From Cyanobacteriota bacterium (lineage in GTDB: Bacteria > Cyanobacteriota > Cyanobacteriia > Cyanobacteriales > Nostocaceae), in assembly GCA_046045965.1 (NCBI GenBank), contig JBJOKS010000023.1, forward strand, positions 37,677 to 101,676: a DNA stretch of 64,000 nucleotides, read 5' to 3'. Positions within the stretch are counted from its first letter, which is position 1; the number at the start of each line of letters is the position of its first letter. Under the pieces are notes generated by a model that saw only the letters and a list, made by a program, of their open reading frames with translations, did not search any database and had not been told where the DNA came from. The translations under genes were made by a program, and so were the position numbers. Positions 59,231 through 64,000 of this stretch are shown piece by piece.

Positions 59231-60096
59231 CACAATTCCACAGGCGCAAAAACACCTAATTTAGTTTCTAAAACAGACCTTAACACTAACTGAGTAGCTA
59301 TCAGCAATCCTAATCTTGCCTGTGCTAATTCCCAAGAATTAATTTTCACTTCACCCCAGATCCGACAGTTACACCAAAAGCTGTCAAAAGCTGCGCTCAA
59401 TTTCAGTGCTGCTGTTTCCCAGTTAACTGAACGGCTAGAATCAGAAAACACCAAATCATCTACCATTTTTACCAACTGATGAATCAAACGCACCTCATCG
59501 GGTTGATGAAGACGCAATTTTTGATCACAGTCCAGCCAAGGTATAGGTTGGGCAGACAGAAACCCAGGTACTTGTGTACTATGATCTTCAAGTTGAATCA
59601 ACCTCTCTCGATCAGCCAATCTTAACAATGAACAGCAGCGTGCATGGGCATATTGAATTTTAAAGAATTTATTGTGATTTTTCTTTTCCTGGTCCCCAGT
59701 ACCCAATTCCCAATCCCCAATCCCCTCCAAGCTGTCAAACCCGGCTGTGAGATAATGTAACCAAGCTGCTAAGGTAGGATCAGTTAGTTCTATATGAATC
59801 AAAGCAGAAGGAACTATTTTAACGTTGAAAATTTCGCCGCAAGTTGCTGACAGATAAGCAGCTATTTCTCTGACAATTGCCATTGCTTTTCCATGATCAG
59901 ATGCGGAAATTTGCAAAGCTAGGCTAGAAATATATAAAATTTTTTTACCATCTGTACCTTGATATAGAGGCGTTTTTCCATTTTTTATCAATAGAATTTT
60001 CTCATCCTTAGTATAAACACTTAGAAAATTCATAAAATGGATATATACTAAATGTTTAATTGAGATATACTTCTTAAATAGTAGCCAATGATGCAC
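59230..60096 (-). CDS. Stand-alone DALR (ArgRS anticodon-binding-like) domain protein
   Basis: IQYAHARCCSLLR...ARLGLLIATQLVLRSVLETKLGVFAPVEL; no HIGH catalytic core. Confidence 0.8.
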
Positions 60097-60399
60097 GTAG
60101 TTATTTAGGAAACTTTTACGGTTATCAAGATTTTATCCTGTTCCATCTGCCTTGAGATAGAAGTTTAGTCTAAGTAAAGAAAAATGAGAGTAGGATAAAA
60201 TTTCATGAATAATCGATGAATGATTTAGTAAACTTTACTACCCTCATTGTACAGTAAGAAGTATAACAAAAGAGTAGAGGGCTTTTATTGCTTTCTACAC
60301 TTTGGATGGCTGACGCTACTAGACGTTAAGCCTACCCTGTTAACACAAAGACACTCCTTGCACCTTTTTATTTAGTCTTTGTCTTCAGCCTAACGCTCT

Positions 60400-61128
60400 T
60401 TGTTACCTATGCAATCTCAATCCTCCTTTTCCGAGGCATCACGGCCTTTCTTAACTTGGCAACGAATTCTTGATTGGGCTCAGGAACACTACCGCTGCCG
60501 CACCTTCAGCAAAGATGAACGCATTCCAGCCAGACCCGGATTGCTATATTTAGTCCAGAGAGGTGCAATCCGCATGGTAGGAACAGCCCAAGTAAGTGCT
60601 ACTGCCAGCCAACTAACATCTCGACGCATCAACAGAACCCCAGAAGAAGCCTTTTTGGGTTTTGTGGGAGCAGGACAACCATTTGAAATTGTCGCTCAGT
60701 CTCCTTTTACACTCCAAGCTTACGCTCACGTTGACCAAACAGCGGTGCTATGGATGTACTGGCATGATTTGGACAACTGGCCTCACTTCCGCCGCGAAGT
60801 AATGGATGCTTTTAGATATCAACACCAGCGCAAGCTATTGTGGCTAAGTGCCTTGGGACAACGACGCACAATTGACCGACTGCTAGGATTCCTCACCTTA
60901 TTAATTGAGGAATATGGAGAGCCGTCAATGAGTGAAACTGATCCCGATGTCATTCGCGGTTATTGCCTACCCTTCCCGCTCACTCATGCCCAAATTGGTA
61001 GCGCCATTGGTTCTACTCGCGTCACCGTTACCCGCTTGATGGGTAAATTGCGTCAACGTGGACTCATCCTCACCCAAGGCGATAATTTGATTTGCTTGCC
61101 AGCAGAGTCAATCAACAGAGCTAGCTAA
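60400..61128 (+). CDS. Crp/Fnr family transcriptional regulator
   Basis: HTH motif LTHAQIGSAIGSTRVTVTRLMGKL. Likely start is the ATG at 60409. Confidence 0.9.
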   Translation: MLPMQSQSSFSEASRPFLTWQRILDWAQEHYRCRTFSKDERIPARPGLLYLVQRGAIRMVGTAQVSATASQLTSRRINRTPEEAFLGFVGAGQPFEIVAQSPFTLQAYAHVDQTAVLWMYWHDLDNWPHFRREVMDAFRYQHQRKLLWLSALGQRRTIDRLLGFLTLLIEEYGEPSMSETDPDVIRGYCLPFPLTHAQIGSAIGSTRVTVTRLMGKLRQRGLILTQGDNLICLPAESINRAS

Positions 61129-61200
61129 AGCAAACTCACACAGCTAATGTGAAGCTTAAGAGTTGGTTCTTGGTATATTCCAAGCTATGACTAGCAGGTG

Positions 61201-62274
61201 TCAGCGGATTTTAACAAACCCAGCTTGGGTAATTAGTTCCTGTCCCTGCTCTGTTAGCAGTAAGTTAGCATAAGCAACGCCAGCTTCTTCCTCTATTTGA
61301 CCATTCTGTTTGACCACCACAAACAGATTACGGGTAATCGGGTATTTTCCTGATTGAAAAGCCTGAATGTTCAATTGGTTCCGTTTATCAGGACATTGAT
61401 TAGGGAGAATAAATGGTTCTTGATAAGGAGCAATGTATTGCCCTGGCGATCGCCCCAAAGGTAAGGGTTTAATAGAACATTGAGGAACAACCTCTGGAGC
61501 AGAAGCGTAATAGATGCCACCAGGACTATCAGCCACCTTTTTTAAGGCTTGGGTGGTCGTAGAGACAAACTCGACTTGGGAACTGAAAGCTTGACCACCC
61601 AAAATGTCTTGGACAAAAAGTTCAACAGTACCGCCATCACTAATACGACGAGAATACGGCTTGATCGGCAAATTGCGACCACCGACTTGATTCCAATTAG
61701 TAATCTTACCTGTGTAGATGGATTTTAGCTGATCTATTGTCAATCCTGGGATATTTAAGTTTGGGTTGACAGCCACAGCTAACCCATCAATGGCTACAGG
61801 AATTTGATTGAGTCGGAAACCACGCTTTTCGGCGCGACTTAATTCTTCATCCAAAATCGGTCGGGAAGACTGGGCAAAAGCGAGTTGACCATCAATTAAA
61901 GACTGGATACCCGTACCAGAGCCAGGAGTAGCATTAGTGGGTTGTACATAACGCAGTCGAAATTCTGGTCGTGTTGTCTGAATGACTGGATCAATTGCCA
62001 ACCGAATCGTCGCCCAAGATGTACTGCCTCCGTAGTTAAATAATCCGGTGGGTACATTCTTTACAGCAGAGAAGGTTGTACCTGGAGGTGGTGTTGAGGT
62101 GTTCTGGGGTTGGGTTTGATTACTGGAATTAGAATTATTATTGGATTGGGAATTAATGACATTATTCAAATCAACGTTTGATTTTTGAGTAAAAAACCAA
62201 AAACCCCCACCTATTAGCAATATTGTGGTCAATAAAGATATACCAAGAACCAATGTTTCATTTTTTTGAGACAT
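61201..62274 (-). CDS. PstS-like phosphate-binding protein with an N-terminal membrane anchor
   Basis: YGGSTS, GSGTGI, QSSRP, VAIDGLAVAVNP and YPITRNLF motifs. Confidence 0.85.
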   Translation of the reverse strand: MSQKNETLVLGISLLTTILLIGGGFWFFTQKSNVDLNNVINSQSNNNSNSSNQTQPQNTSTPPPGTTFSAVKNVPTGLFNYGGSTSWATIRLAIDPVIQTTRPEFRLRYVQPTNATPGSGTGIQSLIDGQLAFAQSSRPILDEELSRAEKRGFRLNQIPVAIDGLAVAVNPNLNIPGLTIDQLKSIYTGKITNWNQVGGRNLPIKPYSRRISDGGTVELFVQDILGGQAFSSQVEFVSTTTQALKKVADSPGGIYYASAPEVVPQCSIKPLPLGRSPGQYIAPYQEPFILPNQCPDKRNQLNIQAFQSGKYPITRNLFVVVKQNGQIEEEAGVAYANLLLTEQGQELITQAGFVKIR

Positions 62275-62654
62275 AGTAAATCACCATGTTTGGTGGATAT
62301 AGAAATATTTAGGGTTGATCAGTATTAATTTTTTTTGCAAACATTCTCATAAAAGGAGTCAGGAGTCAGGAGTTCAGGTAAAGAATATTAACTTTTGCCT
62401 TTTGCCTTCTATTCCCTATTTCCTATTCCCTAATTTAAATTGTTGCTATTTTATACTAACGTGAAAAAATTAGCAGCCAATTTAAAAATTGAAAAGTCTA
62501 GTAAAATCAAACTTTCCTGATTTTTCAGTGTTGATTTTTCAGTGTTGATTTTTTAACCTTTAATTAACCTTTAATTAACTATTAACTTTGTAAGGATTCA
62601 GGATACAGAATATAGGATACTGACTCCTATGGATTCCTGCTACAAACAAATATT

Positions 62655-62702
<48 letters not shown>

Positions 62703-62715
62703 TAATTTTCAATTT

Positions 62716-63999
62716 TCAATTGCTTGGTGATATTGGCTCAAAGTCATACCCAGTAAGAGAGCGACTACCAGGAACTATTTTCACAAGTTGGACTGGGGCG
62801 TTTCTATCTCCAGATGGTAAAAAACGAATTTCACCAGCAGCACCTATGGTAGAAAATTCAGGTGATAAAAAGGCTTTTTGGACTCCAGCACGGGAGGGAT
62901 TAGTTTTTAATGCAGCAATAAAGGCTTTTGTAGCATCATAGGACAAGGCAGTACGCCAACTCACATCACCACCCCATAACTGTCGGGATGTTTTGGGAAA
63001 ATCGGACTTGGGATCACCATCAATATGCCAAGGAACTGCTATTACCATTCCTATGGCTTGTTCTCTGCCAATTTCTAAAGTTTTCAGGGTGTAAACATCA
63101 TCACCTCCCATTAATGTTAGGCGTTTTTGATTTACCTGAACTACTTGCAATGCTTTATCTAAAGTTCCCGTGTCAGCAGCTAACATTAATACTTGCGCCC
63201 CTTGCTCAGTTGCCTGTTTTAAACTTTCAGATGCACTAAAATCTGCTTTGGATAAATCAAATTCTTTAGATACTTCTCCTCCCTCCAGTAAAATAGATGA
63301 AACCAACTCAGATTTAAGGGACTGACTATAGCCGCTTTGAGAATTAAAGAAAACTGCTGCTTTTTTCTTCTGGAGGTTTTTGATCATGTAATTTGCTAGA
63401 GTTCTAGCAGCTATAAAATCACTGGGAACCGTGCGAAAAACGTAGGGGCTAAAGTTGGTAATTTTTACAGATGTGCTAGTTGGTGAAATAACTACAAGCT
63501 CTCCAGAATTATAAACAGTACCTGCTGCTAATGTGGAGTCGCTACTAGTACAGCAGATTGCACCTAATACTTCTGGATTTTTGGCTAGGTTAGCAGCGAT
63601 TTGTTTAGCTATTTCTGGATTATCATCGTCGTTAGCTATGCCTACTTTCAAGTAAGCTCCGTTAATTTTACCACTAGCATTAATTTCATTTTGAGCTTGA
63701 GCGATACCTCGTAGAATTTCTAATCCAGTATTGGAGTTATTTCCCAATGGGACTGTTACAACAATTGTATAATTTTTGTTTGATCCAATCCGGGCGTTAT
63801 TCAGATATATCAGTGCTTCAGGGTCGTTTGGTTTGAGTTTTAGAGATTCTGTAAATTTGGCGATCGCTTGTTTATAATTTTTATCAGCTATTGCTTTCAC
63901 ACCATCTTTTTTAAGTTGAGAAGCTTCACCCGGACTGAATATTTTTTCACCAAAACTAATCCGTTCTTTAATTGATAGATTGTTGTTATTTATTTCCTG
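62716..63999 (-). CDS. Branched-chain-amino-acid-type ABC substrate-binding protein with a TPR-like segment (N-terminus outside the window)
   Basis: The frame stays open to the window end (QEINNNNLSIKERISFGEK...); PEALIYLNNA, ISPTSTS and YVFRTVPSD motifs. Confidence 0.85.
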   Translation of the reverse strand, partial: QEINNNNLSIKERISFGEKIFSPGEASQLKKDGVKAIADKNYKQAIAKFTESLKLKPNDPEALIYLNNARIGSNKNYTIVVTVPLGNNSNTGLEILRGIAQAQNEINASGKINGAYLKVGIANDDDNPEIAKQIAANLAKNPEVLGAICCTSSDSTLAAGTVYNSGELVVISPTSTSVKITNFSPYVFRTVPSDFIAARTLANYMIKNLQKKKAAVFFNSQSGYSQSLKSELVSSILLEGGEVSKEFDLSKADFSASESLKQATEQGAQVLMLAADTGTLDKALQVVQVNQKRLTLMGGDDVYTLKTLEIGREQAIGMVIAVPWHIDGDPKSDFPKTSRQLWGGDVSWRTALSYDATKAFIAALKTNPSRAGVQKAFLSPEFSTIGAAGEIRFLPSGDRNAPVQLVKIVPGSRSLTGYDFEPISPSN

Positions 64000-64000
64000 A

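Overview
64-kb chromosomal window from a heterocyst-forming filamentous cyanobacterium (Nostocales-like). This is inferred from the many HIP1 GCGATCGC sites, the 7-nt STRR tandem repeats and the genes xisH/xisI, hpsL/N/O/P, psb27 and petN. Most genes are housekeeping or envelope genes: partial cysK, 1-Cys peroxiredoxin, hormogonium-polysaccharide glycosyltransferases, glmM, heme oxygenase, cobW, moaC, tRNA-Arg(ACG), dmeF, cofH, polA and a Crp/Fnr regulator. Small accessory modules are scattered among them (Uma2, XisH/I, Rpn, MazEF-like TA, a decayed hicBA, REP/MITE-like elements). The items most worth follow-up are: (1) a tightly coupled three-gene operon at 48.9-53.9 kb, encoding an exported ~21-TPR trypsin-like protease whose repeats vary mainly on one helix, plus two uncharacterised exported/membrane partners; (2) a type IIG/ISP-like restriction-modification gene split in two around a decayed hicBA cassette; (3) a glycosyltransferase gene bracketed by a 168-bp near-perfect direct repeat; (4) an AcoR-type GAF protein with a degenerate kinase module next to a receiver; (5) small features missing from the ORF track (petN, 53-aa and 44-aa ORFs, a Yfr2-like sRNA). 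All family calls come from motif recognition by eye; no database searches were run.
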